DNA of 62,376 nucleotides, the filler included, from Nemertoderma westbladi (lineage: Eukaryota; Animalia; Xenacoelomorpha), in assembly GCA_032718475.1 (NCBI GenBank). It is 4 parts of 4 records of this genome, joined end to end, with 100 filler letters (N's around TTAATTAATTAA, not from the genome) between each part and the next. Parts side by side here need not be neighbours in the genome. Positions count along the whole stretch, not along the records: positions 22,693 to 40,806 come from JAUCBJ010003967.1; positions 40,907 to 57,640 come from JAUCBJ010000240.1; 2 more parts are not named here. The stretch is one strand, 5' to 3'. The position numbers and the translations under genes were made by a program. Under the pieces are notes generated by a model. It did no database searches and had not been told where the DNA came from. It saw only the letters and a list, made by a program, of their open reading frames with translations. Below are positions 34,905-46,661 of the stretch, in pieces (within the stretch, counting starts at the first letter, position 1; every line of letters begins with the position of its first letter).

Positions 34905-36140
34905 TTGTGGCAGCATATACACACATACTTAGGTATTGTTTTCAGTCCAAGTGGTTTCAGTAAGGCGCAACAGGTCTTGGCAGAAAAGGCCAACAGGCTT
35001 ATTACAGTTTACAAGCCTGTCTCTATAAATATAATAATTTAAGTTTCAGTCTAAAATATGACCTGTTTTGCAAACTCATAAAACCAATTCTCAACTATGG
35101 AGCTGAGGTTTGGGGTTTTGACGTTTCACAAGTAACAGAGCGGGTCCACCTGAACTTCGTAAAGCGGACATTGGGCATTAAAATATGTTCTCCAGACTTT
35201 GCTGTTTACGGAGAAACAGGCACATACCCCTTAGAATAGATCGATATGTAAGTATAATGAAATCAACCTACCGAATTCTAGGCTTGTTAAACAAGCCTAC
35301 CTCATATAATAATGTTGCTGTTATTGGTGGGAAAGTAAACTGGGCCTCCAAAGTTCGGGATATGCTAAATCATTTAGGGTTAAGCTGGGCCTGGAATTCA
35401 CAACGGGTAGAAAATCGGGGCCACTTTATTAAATTAGTCAAAGATACATTGCAGAGCCAGTATGTGCAGCAGTGGTGGTCTACATTAGCTAACTCCCCAA
35501 AGGGAGACTTTTATATTAAAAATGTTTTCGAAGCGGAACCATACCTTAACTTGTTATGTAATTATCCTAAATTGTCAAACACCCTGACCAGATTTCGGTG
35601 CATTTCACATAATCTAAGTATAGAGGAGGGGCGCTGGCGCGAATTTCACTTCCTAATGGTTTGTCCGGAATACCATAATTTAAGAGTGCTGTACCTTCCA
35701 GAAATTCCTTCCAGACTTACTTCCAGAAATATGCTCAAATTTCGTAAATTACATTGGACTTTCATTGGACAACTATTATTAATAATGGACTAAAAAATCT
35801 TGCCTTATTTTTGTTTAATGCTTTTGCGCTCCGAAATAAATGTATTAATGTTTAATGTATCGCGTCGTGTATTATTATTTCAAAACTGTTGGCTGTGGGT
35901 CGGTGCCGGATTTTTATATTTTAAATTGTGCTGCAGTACAGGCATTGTCTACTACATACATTATTAAATTACTATTTACATCGCATTGTATATTGTATGC
36001 GTATATTGTATGCATCTATCGCATTATAACGCATTGTATAGTTTACTAGGTGGTGGTGGCGGCATTATTAGTGTGTGAAATTTCAACAATAGCACACTTG
36101 GTGCTTGTTGCTAATGATGATTAAACATTAAACTGTATAT
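34905..36140 (+). mobile_element. Decayed LINE 3' fragment in intron 1 (antisense to host gene)
   Basis: TYLGIVF, LIKPILNYGAEVWGF, RFRCISHNLSIEEGRW and EFHFLMVCPEY motifs, with frameshifts. The 3' boundary is approximate. Confidence 0.85.
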
Positions 36141-36325
36141 ATAATCTTATATTAAGTCTATAAATATAGGGCAAAAGTTGTTACCGGTATATACATAAAT
36201 AGGAATAAGTTCATGATGTAAGATAGGCTACTTCTATTACAAAACTACAAAATGCATACTAACACAAAACCAACTTGTCGGCTCTCCATTATAGGAGAGA
36301 GATATACCGTACTCAATTATAAATA

Positions 36326-37503
36326 GGGTAAATCTTTTCGACCTACGCGTAGGCCTACGCGTAGCTACGCGTAGCTACGCGTAGTTTGTAACTTCCATTC
36401 CTGTCATTTACCGGTAGGGCCAGACTTACTGCCTTTTTAACAACTACGCGTAGGTGTTTTAAAACTACGCGTAGTTATTTTGGAACTACGCGTAGGTATT
36501 TTGAAACTACGCGTAGGTGCTACGCGTAGCTACGCGTAGGTGCTACGCGTAGCAGTCCTGATAACAATGATTTTTCATTTCAGGTCCGGTAGGGTTGAGT
36601 TGTTAGGCAAGTATCGGTATATGTCAGGTATCTGATTATCAGACAAATGTAATAACAGAATCGGAAACTCATATCTCTACATACAGCACTGGTAATAAAT
36701 AATATTCGGCTCTTTCACATACAAACACAGAGGATGAATAAAAAGTAAACTTAAAATTCACGTCTCATGATTCAAGTATCTTTGTTTCCATTGGATTATT
36801 TAAATATTGAACAGTAGTAAATAAAGCGACCAGTCTACCGGTGAAGAGGTTAAGCGAAAGCTGATAAATACTGCATATAATCAAATTGTTTGGTCAAATA
36901 ACAAGTGCAACCAATCATGGTAGACAATTTAGTCTCCCCCTTCCCTTGTCAAGGGGTTAACATATTAAATACAGTATATCCTTGCCCTATCGTGAACAAA
37001 GGCAATAAAAAGCATAGAGAATCGATAAGAACCATCGGCCTATTTCCTTTGTAAACTATTTTTGAACTCTAAACATTAATTATTAACACATTTTACCGCC
37101 CGCAACGCATGAAGTGAAGAATATGTAGTCTTCGCGTATTCCTCTATATAGAGTATACAGGTATAGGATACATTACTGTTGAAAGCATTTGATGGTTGTG
37201 GGTTGTTTATTGAACATACCGTATTGTGTCTTATTTTAGTACTGACTCGCTTGGAATACGTAAGCCTACTAATGATAAACGACGTATAGGCATAGTTATG
37301 GGTAGCACCTATGCGTAGGTCGCGTAGGACCTACGCGTAGCTACGCGTAGCACCTACGCGTAGCTACGCGTAGCACCTACGCGTAGTTATTGTTAAAACT
37401 CTGAAACTGGTGATATATGACCCAATGTTGCGAACTACGCGTAGCTACGCGTAGCTACGCGTAGCTACGCGTAGGCCTACGCGTAGGTCGAAAAGATTTA
37501 CCC
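36326..37503. mobile_element. MITE copy 2 (same family as 2322-3454), in intron 1
   Basis: Perfect TIR GGGTAAATCTTTTCGACCTACGCGTAGG. 8-bp TSD TATAAATA at 36318-36325 and 37504-37511. Confidence 0.95.
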
Positions 37504-37625
37504 TATAAATATACATATAAATATTGTTGGAAAATTACGGTTCAATTTATCCGATAATTAATTAGCGGTAATTAATTAATTGACAAATAAATTTGAGGAT
37601 AAAATAATAAATAAGTAACACTAAC

Positions 37626-39044
37626 CTTCATCACTATGGGAGCAGAAACAGTCAACTCGTGTAACATATCAAAGAACTCGATAGTGATAACCCGGAGTTT
37701 CTTATCTGCCCCGGTTACCATCTCCCTAACATCCTCCAAGATCTTCCACTTCTGTTTCTCCAAAGCTTCCCGTCTGTGATTGGCGTCCGCTATCTTCGCC
37801 TTGTAGGTCTGCTCCGCGTCGGTGCACTTACTGTGAGCCTCGTCGGCAGTTCTCTTCCTACGGTCGAGTTTACTAGCCGCCGGGGTCTGCTGCAGAACTC
37901 CAGTCTGGTTGTCTTCACTCTCTTTCAACTGATCAACCGCTTTATCTAACTCATTCATACGAATAAAATAAGTGTTACGACCTCGTTTAAGATTATTGAG
38001 CGCTTCGCTCATCCTGTTCCGCTCTCTATGCCATTTACTCTTCAACTCTTTGTGCTTCGCATTGAATTCACTTCGAACTTCGTTTAAAGCCTCTGAGTAG
38101 TTCTTCCCTAGTAGTTGTACGGAAGTCTCAGTGCAGTTAGCAGCGTGTTCAATCTCGCGTTCTAAACCTAAAAGATACGTTGACTGGAAGGGCAAAAACT
38201 TATCCAAGCATATTATAGACTTAGTACTAGTAGCTAATCGAGCCATAGACTTTGCGTGGTCTAAATCTAAAGCAGCGCGTTTCTCGAGGTATTGCCCTAA
38301 ATCTTTAACGTATTTAGACCAGGATTTCGCGTGTGAGAAAGCGATTTCTATTCCGTAAGGCATTTTAAATAGAATTTTATCAGTTTCTGTTGCTGTTTCT
38401 TTAGGAGACGTGGCTGGCGTTCTAGCGGGTCCGTCTAGACCATCGAACTCACTTACATTATCGAAGGATTGCGATTTAGTAACCGGGGTATCAACTGTCG
38501 CAGAAATAGACGTGCGTATGATGGTTGCGAGATACTCATCAACCACCAAAGTAAACGCCTTACTAATATTCTCAATATTCGTTTGGATCTTGCGGTAATT
38601 AAAATTGGGAGGGTTCGCATCAATCTCTCTTACCGATTTTATCAACTCCGCCAATGGTTCGATTATTTGTTGGGAATGTAGATTAGGGATGTTGGTGCAG
38701 TTTTCAAAAAATTCTTTTGCTACTTTTAAAACATTGCCTAACTCTAGTTTTGATTGATTTCTTAAATGTTCTATAGTTAGAGGTTTATCAGGTGTAGTAG
38801 GTCTAGTGGCGGTGCCGGTACCCGAATGATTTTGTGCGGTACCGGTACTATCGCAAGTCGTACCGGTATATTTTATAAACACTTGGCTGAGTGTCGATAG
38901 AGAAGTCAGGAGTTTGTGGGTGTAAGCGGTAACCTTTTCGTAATCATTGTCCTCATACGTCCCGTCCGTGCTGACACTGTTTGAGGAACCGGCTTTCAGA
39001 GTGTTGGACACATTAGCAGACGTCGCCGTGCTGGAATCGTCCAT
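37626..39044 (-). CDS. RhoGAP gene coding exon 1: N-terminal helical region + FCH/F-BAR domain
   Basis: Long ORF with first ATG at 39044 after an in-frame upstream TGA. FCH signature GIEIAFSHAKSWSKYVKDLGQYLEKRAALDLDHAK...FLPFQS followed by coiled coil. Donor AAG|GTTAG, phase 0. Confidence 0.9.
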
Positions 39045-39441
39045 TGTCAAGACCACAGATTCGGATCAGTTGATATTATGTTCAGTTTCAAAACACTTAT
39101 TGCAGTACCGGTATTGAATTAATTCAATTACAGCGCTAATGTACAGATATAGATTGTTCTGTTGTACCGGTAGGCCTAGTAGTTTTTCTGACATTTAGAG
39201 ATGTATCACTGACAATTGGAAAAAAAGAACAGCATCTGTTTCTAACGTCAGTAAAGGCTGTAAGGTACAGTCAGCCAGTTAGAGGTTTTGTGCAGCCAGA
39301 TGAAATCTCACTTTTTTCCAGCCAGTTCATGGAAACATCAGCCCGCACCTGGCGGGCCTATTGCAGTTCTGTTATCAGGCTGCTTTGTTCAGAAGATTTA
39401 ACCCTCTACCATCTACAGCTCTGATAAATTATTGACAGACT

Positions 39442-39522
39442 TTCTTGTGATGTAGCCGCAATGCTTGACTGATTTTCTTGTGATGTAGCCGCAATGCTGA
39501 AGTTGTTCTTGTGATGTAGCCA
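39442..39522. repeat. Short tandem motif TTCTTGTGATGTAGCC x3, upstream of the RhoGAP start
   Basis: Three copies ~31-33 bp apart, read directly. Confidence 0.8.
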
Positions 39523-39623
39523 CTCTACTGTGGGCGGTTGGGTATAACTGCAGAACTGAAACCGAGGCCCCTTGCCCTTGGTGCAGTGCCTAGGCCTATG
39601 CCTAGCAACTGAACCTTGTACAA

Positions 39624-40130
39624 CAGTCGGGGAGAAGTTCTATTTTCAACTGAGTTGAAATTTCAACTTTATTTTTTAAAATTCAACTTTTTAGGCCTAT
39701 TAAAATTCAACTTTTGGAGTAGGGTAACTTTGGAAATACTGAAATATGGAATTAATGGTATTCCATTGTATAATAATTATGACATTCAGCGGTAATTTAA
39801 TACATCTAATACAGTAATAAATTCCCGTAGTATTTCAGCTAATTTGCAAATGTAATCACTTAAAATGTTTTTAAAAAAAGTATTCCCGACGGTGAAACTT
39901 TTTAGTCCATCTGCCATCGGTAATGATAATGACTAATGACTGAATGAGGGTTAATTTTTCGAGTTACATCCATAAAAACAATCAAAACACCCCTTCCAGC
40001 CTTCTGTGACGTCTTGGGGGCCTTCTGCACCTCCTGCCATTTTAGAGTTGAATTTACAACTTAAAAGTTGAATTTAAAAAAAAAAGTTTTAAATTTCAAC
40101 TCAGTTGAAATTTGAACTTCTCCCCGACTG
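39624..40130. mobile_element. MITE with CAGTCGGGGAGAAGTTC TIRs and 5-bp TSD
   Basis: TIR extends through TTTCAACTGAGTTGAAATTT. TSD TACAA at 39619-39623 and 40131-40135. Subterminal TTCAAC repeats. Confidence 0.9.
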
Positions 40131-40157
40131 TACAACGCCTGCCTGCCAGTCTGCCAG

Positions 40158-40243
40158 TAGGGTTCCCTATCCCGATCGGGATATATAAATATATCCCGAT
40201 CGGGATATACCCTTATAAGGTAATATATCCCGATCGGGATATG
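40158..40243. repeat. Three perfect palindromes TATCCCGATCGGGATA after TAGGG (possible hAT-type element end)
   Basis: Palindromes centred at ~40175, 40199 and 40233. No matching other end seen before the gap. Confidence 0.7.
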
Positions 40244-40544
40244 TCAATGTACATAACTGTCATTTACAACAGTACTACCTGCTACTGTATATTCTACTCT
40301 ACTAACTGTATGTAAAGCTACAGTATATTTGGAAAACTACCTAGCAGCCTAGAATGTCAATAAATATTATTAGAATGAGAAGTGAAGTCTGCATTGCTAA
40401 CCAACTAAACCCACCTAAAAAAAAACGTGAAGAAAACGAAACCAGGATGACAATTGTAATGCATTCTGGCATTCGCCGATTCGCGCATGACACTGAATAA
40501 TCTGTTGTGCCGGTAATTGAACATGTTTACAAGACTTCGTGCAG

Positions 40545-40800
40545 CACGTTTGATACTGAATCAATCCATTGAAACGTTTTAAGAGACCTTCGCGCAGTTT
40601 GTGAGATACTGAAACAAACAGTTGAAACGTTTGAAAGACCTTCGCGCAGTATGTGAGATACTGAAACAATCCGTTGAAACGTTTAAAAGACCTTCGCGCA
40701 GTATGTGAGATATTGAAACAATCAGTTGAAACCTTTAAGAGACCTTCATGCAGCACGTTCATAGAGTACCGTAACAATCTGTTGAAATGTTTAAGATACC
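40545..40800. repeat. ~54-bp tandem repeat, ~5 diverged copies, next to the gap
   Basis: GAGATACTGAAACAATC.GTTGAAACGTTTAA.AGACCTTCGCGCAGTATGT recurs. Confidence 0.85.
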
Positions 40801-40806
40801 ATTGTC

Positions 40807-40906
40807 NNNNNNNNNNNNNNNNNNNNNNNNNNNNNNNNNNNNNNNNNNNNTTAATTAATTAANNNNNNNNNNNNNNNNNNNNNNNNNNNNNNNNNNNNNN
40901 NNNNNN
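40807..40906. other. Assembly gap with TTAATTAATTAA linker
   Basis: Same construct as 22593-22692. Confidence 0.98.
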
Positions 40907-41032
40907 CATGCTGCACAACGGACTAATATTACATACAGTATAACGGACTAATATTGCATACTGCATAATGGACTAATATTGCATACTGCATAATGGACTA
41001 ATACTGTGGATACAGCGCCATATACCGTAACA
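40907..41032 (-). mobile_element. Terminal 126 bp of an LTR (same family as 53609-55776), cut by the gap
   Basis: Identical to 55651-55776, ending ...ATACCGTAACA. Confidence 0.92.
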
Positions 41033-41048
41033 ACCCCCAACCCCCACT

Positions 41049-42470
41049 ATGGATTACATTAGTAATGCGGAGGTCCGGCCACTAGAGGCCAGTGGAATTA
41101 CCGGACACAATCGGCCTCACAGGCGTCAGTTATCTCCTGACCGGCTGCCTGTCTCACCCCCTACTGGAGAGAGAGTGGCAAACAATTCTTTGAGTCCCTT
41201 TCCTGATGACCTTTCTGGCCCAAACCATGGGTCACCAGGGAGGCCAGATTGTGAGGGGGAGAGTGATTCTGGAGTTGGAGGCTACTCTCATGTTCCACCC
41301 CGACCAACAAAGCCATTGGTGAATCTGAGGCAAGTCACTAGACTAGCCTCAGTAAACACCCCAACACTCGGGTCCCCAATGCGACAAGGTGAGCTGACTG
41401 CCTTGGCAGATAAGCTTTCTCTTAGTGCAGTGGGTGTTCAAGAGCACCGAATGCAGACTGGACACACTGATGAGGTTCTGATTAAGGACATGGGGGGCGG
41501 TTGGCGACTCGCCCTCGCTTCAGCAGATGATAGTGGCAATGGTGGAATTGGTCTATTGATGAATCCAACTGCACATGCAGCATTGGACAAAATAGACCAA
41601 ATCTCTAACCACATCATCCGTTGCCACTTCTCATGTTCTGGAAGACTGGCTAAGAAGTTTCCTAAGGTGGTTCTGATTGTGTGCTACTCTCCAACTAGTG
41701 TTGCCCCTGTAGAGGAGGTGGAAAATTTCTACCAGAATCTACAAGCAGCTACTGATGGAGTGGATCAGCATGCATTCCTAACATTCCTGGGAGACTTTAA
41801 TGCAAGTCTGCATCAATCACCTACATCACCATGGGTCTATAGCAATAGTGTTAACCGAAATTCCGTCCATCTTCAGGATTTTATCTCTGGAAATGGTCAA
41901 TAATGGAAATGGAAATAATCTCTGTTGCAACAGCCAAGTGTGAGATCCAGCTTCACACTAAAGCTGAGCAACAGGTATGAGGTTCTTGCCTCTGAGGCGG
42001 CAGATCACTGTGAGGGCTATACTGCCTTCACAGAGGCAGTTAAGTTAGCAGCTGCAGAAACAGTTCCTGTATACCCTCGAAACAGGAAACAGGCCCCCTG
42101 GACAGACAACAAAATTCAGAAGTGCCGAAATGACCTCTACAAGGAGCAGAAAGAGTCCCGACTCAAACAGACTACAGCGGCAAAGAATGCAGTTAAGGCT
42201 GCATCTAGGTCCCTGAACAGGCAGTACTCTGTTAATTTACAGGAGCTAATAAACCAACAGGTTGATGCCATCAATGATGCTGACGACAGCAGGCAATCAT
42301 CCCAGGCATGGAGATCGATCAACTTGCTTGCTGGTCGAAAAAGGCAACCAACCACCAAGGTTAAGGCTGAATAACCAGCCGATCGCCTCAATGGTTGGAA
42401 GGCCCACTTTGAAAAGCTCCTTAATAATGACAGGGTATTGCCTGATAACTTTATAGAAGTAAAAGTGTCT
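41049..42470 (+). mobile_element. RTE-like LINE 5' fragment (APE endonuclease and linker), internally deleted, 3' part missing
   Basis: AVGVQEHR, GGIGLLM, CYSPT, FLGDFNA and LSNRYEVL motifs. A different family from the RTE at 19126. Confidence 0.88.
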
Positions 42471-42509
42471 GAGTCTGTACTCTCATCACTCGCTACATCC
42501 TTTGTTGAA

Positions 42510-44330
42510 CACTCAACTAAATTACTTAAAGAAAAGCTTAAAAATTGATATGTATCTGAAAACGTAACTCAATTTTTCTAGAAGAGTTTTTAATTGGGAT
42601 AAATGCCCTCAGTGAAATATATCGTTCTGTATTTCGCGGTATAACCTTTACATCCCAATCCGTGTATTTCTTATCTCTAAATCCGGTTTGTAATATACAA
42701 TGTATATCATAGTTATTGGTGTTGTGGCCGCAAAGTACATACAGGAATCGTTTCATTGATAAACTCCGGTTACACTTATTACAAACTGCCGCGATATATT
42801 TACCTGTAATATGTGAGTGATGTCTGTTTTTCTCTACATTATTATTTAAAGTAACATTACAATATAAACAAATTTTTGCCTGTTCAAAATTTAAAAAATC
42901 AATATTATTAAATAACATACTTTTATGGGTATATATTTTTGACCAGCGACATAATTCAGTTAAATCAGTATATAATAAATCTAAGAAATCTTGAATACAA
43001 TTATTATTATTATTTGACTTTACGAGTGTTTTCAAATGACATTTTGGAGAATCAATTAATTCACTATTTGGAACAATTAAATAACTCACAGCACACGGTA
43101 TATGCTCATGTGTAAATTGATTAATATTATTATTATTATTAACTGAGGGTTGTAAGATACATTCTATATCGAAGTAGGTGACAAACAATGGGGATAAGGT
43201 TCTATATATATATATATAAGATATTGGGGGCAAGATGGTGTCGTTGGAGAACATCCTTGCGGTAGAAATGAGTTAAACACCTTTCACAATATTGTCTATT
43301 GCGGATATGAAGAGCTTTCGTATTCAGCAATCGATTCAAGTTAGTTATGCAAACATAATGATTCAGTTTAGGTACATTGTTATTTTTTACTACAAGTAAT
43401 ATATTTAATAACTCTTTATCGGGTGTAATTTTACTAAATGGAGGTTGTCTTAATATAGATACGGGGGTCTGTTTGTTGTTGTTATTCCAGCATAATAAAT
43501 TAATTATATATTTCGAATTTTGGTTTTCAAAAAGTTTAATCGCTAGCTGCCACTCTGTTGGATAATCAAGTTTCCCGTTGTCAAAAATGAAATGACTCAT
43601 ATAATTTTTGTACTGCGAAGTACGGTATTTGTGTACTTTCACTTTGCTACCAAATTTTGCGGTTATAATAGCCCATTTGAAACAGTCATTATCTGCCGTT
43701 TGTATATTTATTGCACATCGTTTACCCGATTGAGCCTTAGGTAATTCCATATATCCATGTCCCTTATATAGTAATGACCTACACTTAGAATCAGCTAATT
43801 TAATTTCAACTCTTAATAAAGATTTAATGCGCTAGCCTGAACCACGTATGTTAAACATGGCTATTTTTTGTAATATATTTTCCAGTACATACTCAAACCA
43901 AATATCAAAACTTTCTGATGAATCTACAGTATTAATAGCACCACCGTAAGAATTAAAATAAAAGGTTTCTAATTGCTCGCCTTCTGAAAAATGTGATCTG
44001 TACATTAATACATTTAGACCTAACCATAGTCTAAGAACATTCATTTCTTTCAATCTGTCTAATATTAACTGAAGAATATTACCTCGAATTTGTGCTAATG
44101 CTGTTTCAACATCAGGATAATCTCTAGAAGTTGGGAGGTTGTGGACATAAATTTCAAAACGATTATTGTGAGCGGCTTGTTCCCGCGTAAAAATTGTTGG
44201 ACATGTACCAAGAGCCAGCCTTAAGTTTTTTCTAGATATTATATTTTTATGTTGTGGAGATTTACGCTTTCTTGTGTAATAACATTTCAAGTGACAGTCG
44301 TGTCGTAAATAATTCTCATATGTATACTCT
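42510..44330 (-). pseudogene. Polinton/Maverick/adintovirus-type DNA polymerase B, N-terminal fragment (endogenous viral element)
   Basis: Collinear ORFs read FNIRGSG*(W)...YMELP, AINIQTADNDCFKWAI, HYVCITNLNRLL, CERCLTHF, FVTYFDIEC (Exo I-like), CLYC...RHHSHITGKYIAAVCNKCN (endonuclease VII-like), HNTNNYDIH (Exo II-like) and KVIPRNTERYIS. One in-frame stop at 43832 and a frameshift at (TA)n ~43203-43218. Confidence 0.82.
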
Positions 44331-44594
44331 TTATTACATTACAGGTAGAACAAGTCAATTGATAGGCGCGAAACACCATTTCTTTACAACCCGTAGTTGA
44401 TTCATGTCAGTTACAAATTTCACAGCATGAAGTCGTGACATGACACTTAAAACAAGAATAACCTTCAAAATGCGACTTTAGGTGACTAAAATAATTATGT
44501 CTAGTTACATTCATATGACAGAATGAACAACATATTACTATTTTATCCATGTTGAAGTTTGTTTAGATTATATAATATTATGAATAGATCTACG

Positions 44595-46661
44595 CAGTTG
44601 TACCAAGGGAGGGCTCGAGGGGGTTCAGTCCTGTTTGTAAAAAACTATTTGTCGGATTCGATATCACGGGTTGCATCTCGAGTTGAAGGCCAAATAATAG
44701 TTGAGCTGTTGGTGTACCCAGGTATATCATTTGGAGGGATCTATATACCGCCAAGTGACTCACCTTATTTTAATAACGAGTATTTTGGTAACCTACACGC
44801 CACGCTGCTGGAAGATGAGTCGGAGGAATTGATCCTACTGGGGGACTTTAATTCCCGGGTGGGTCTACCGACCACATCGGGACCCAGCGGAATAAGGTTG
44901 GAGTATTCGGGTATCGTTGATAGCGTGGTGAATAGCCATGGTAAACGGTTATCTAATGTTTGTCAGGCAGCTGGCTCCGCTGTGTTTAACCACCTGGTAT
45001 GCAATGGGAAGGTCCTCGGAGGCGGGTTATCCTTCCGTCGTGGATCTAAATGGATATCGGAGCTGGATCTGTGTATAGGAAGACAGACGTCGAGTCCATA
45101 CGTTGGATCTGTAGATTTGGACCATTCATTCCGAGTTTCAGACCATGCCCCGCTGGTGGTTCGAGTTGACTTACCTAAGGATCGGTTTTATTCGTTTGGC
45201 GGGATATTGGAAAGGTCCTCCGACCTAGGCGCATCGTTTATTACTACTACGGACCCTCAGCACATCTGTCGGAAGGGGATCTCCCACCAACGGGTGTGTG
45301 CGGTGCGGTTCGCAGATTGTCTAGTAGAAAATCCACCTCCGGGCATCCCAGCCCAGTCGGTTGGTGAGTTAGAAGGGGTTTTAAAGGCGGGGTGCAGCAC
45401 AGTAGAAGCGGCAGCTAGGAGCTCGTTGCTTCAATATCGGACAGGAAGTTTAATAGGGAACCCTCAGGAGTCTCGATGGAAGAGCTTGATATTGCAGGGT
45501 GATTCGAAGCAGATCTGGAAAGCGTTGGACTGGAAGGGCCGGCTGGTTGCAGACGATACCAGGGATAATAACGCGCCTAGCGAGGATGAGTTTAAAACTC
45601 ATTTCGAGGAGCTGCTAAACCCGCAGGCAGGCTCTAAGGAGGCTGTCCCGAACGAGTGCCCGGCATCTGACTTGCCGTATATCCCGTTTCTCGACGACGA
45701 GTTTACCCCTAAGGAATTCGCTGAAGTGTTGAGTGGATTAAATACGTCAAAAAGTTACCACGGCCTTTGCCCTGGCATAATAACGCGGCTTTCTGGGGTT
45801 TGGTTGATTTTCTTTCTCTCTCTCATTAACATTGTATTCAGGAGGGCTTGGTATCCTACTAATTGGTGTTACAGTAGGTTTGTTGCAATATTTAAATCAG
45901 GAAACCGGAGGTTGTGCGGTAATTATAGAGGTATTTGTGTGATGGAATCGTTGGCTAAGATTTATGACCTATTAATTACACGAAGATTGTTAGCTTGTTT
46001 TAGGGTTGATCCATGTCAGGCAGGTGGGCAACCTGGTAGAAGCTGTATCGAGCACATACTTGCATTACGTTTGTTAATAGATTACTGCAAATTTACTAAA
46101 GTGAAAGTATTTTTACTGTTTGTTGATTTTAGCAAGGCTTATGATCGTGTACCTCGTCATTTATTATTAAACCGCTTAAAAGAGTTGGGTTGTGGTAGAG
46201 TTATGTTACTTGCGATAAAAGCAATGTATTCTGGTACGGCTGCAGTATTCAAGTGTGCAATTATTTGCATGTCGGTTGGTGTAAAGCAAGGAGCGCCAAG
46301 TAGTTGTATATTATTTTGTATCTACATAGATAGGATGGTTAATATGATACGCAGTGCTGTGGGGCGGGATGGGTTTCTAGGGCTATTACACGTTTTGTTA
46401 CTAATGGATGATACTGTCATCATAGCAACAACTAGAGATAATTGTATCGCTAAGTTTAATAAATTATTGAATTTCTGTGCTGAGTCTGGTATGCAGATAA
46501 ACCAAAAAAAAAACAAAATTTTTTGTTGTAAATGGTAATAAATCAGATAAACAATCTATGTTTTTTGGTGATCTAGAAATCGTTCATTGTGTTAGTTATA
46601 TTTATTTGGGTTGTCCGTTTACTGAGGACGGTAAATTGTCTTCAGTTTTAAAAATACACGA
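44595..46661 (+). mobile_element. LINE ORF2, 5' part (APE endonuclease + RT), interrupted at 46661
   Basis: IYIPP, LGDFNSRVG, SELDL, SDHAPL, NYRGI, FVDFSKAYD, GVKQG and LLMDD. Frameshift at an A-run ~46505, then YIYLG. Confidence 0.93.
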
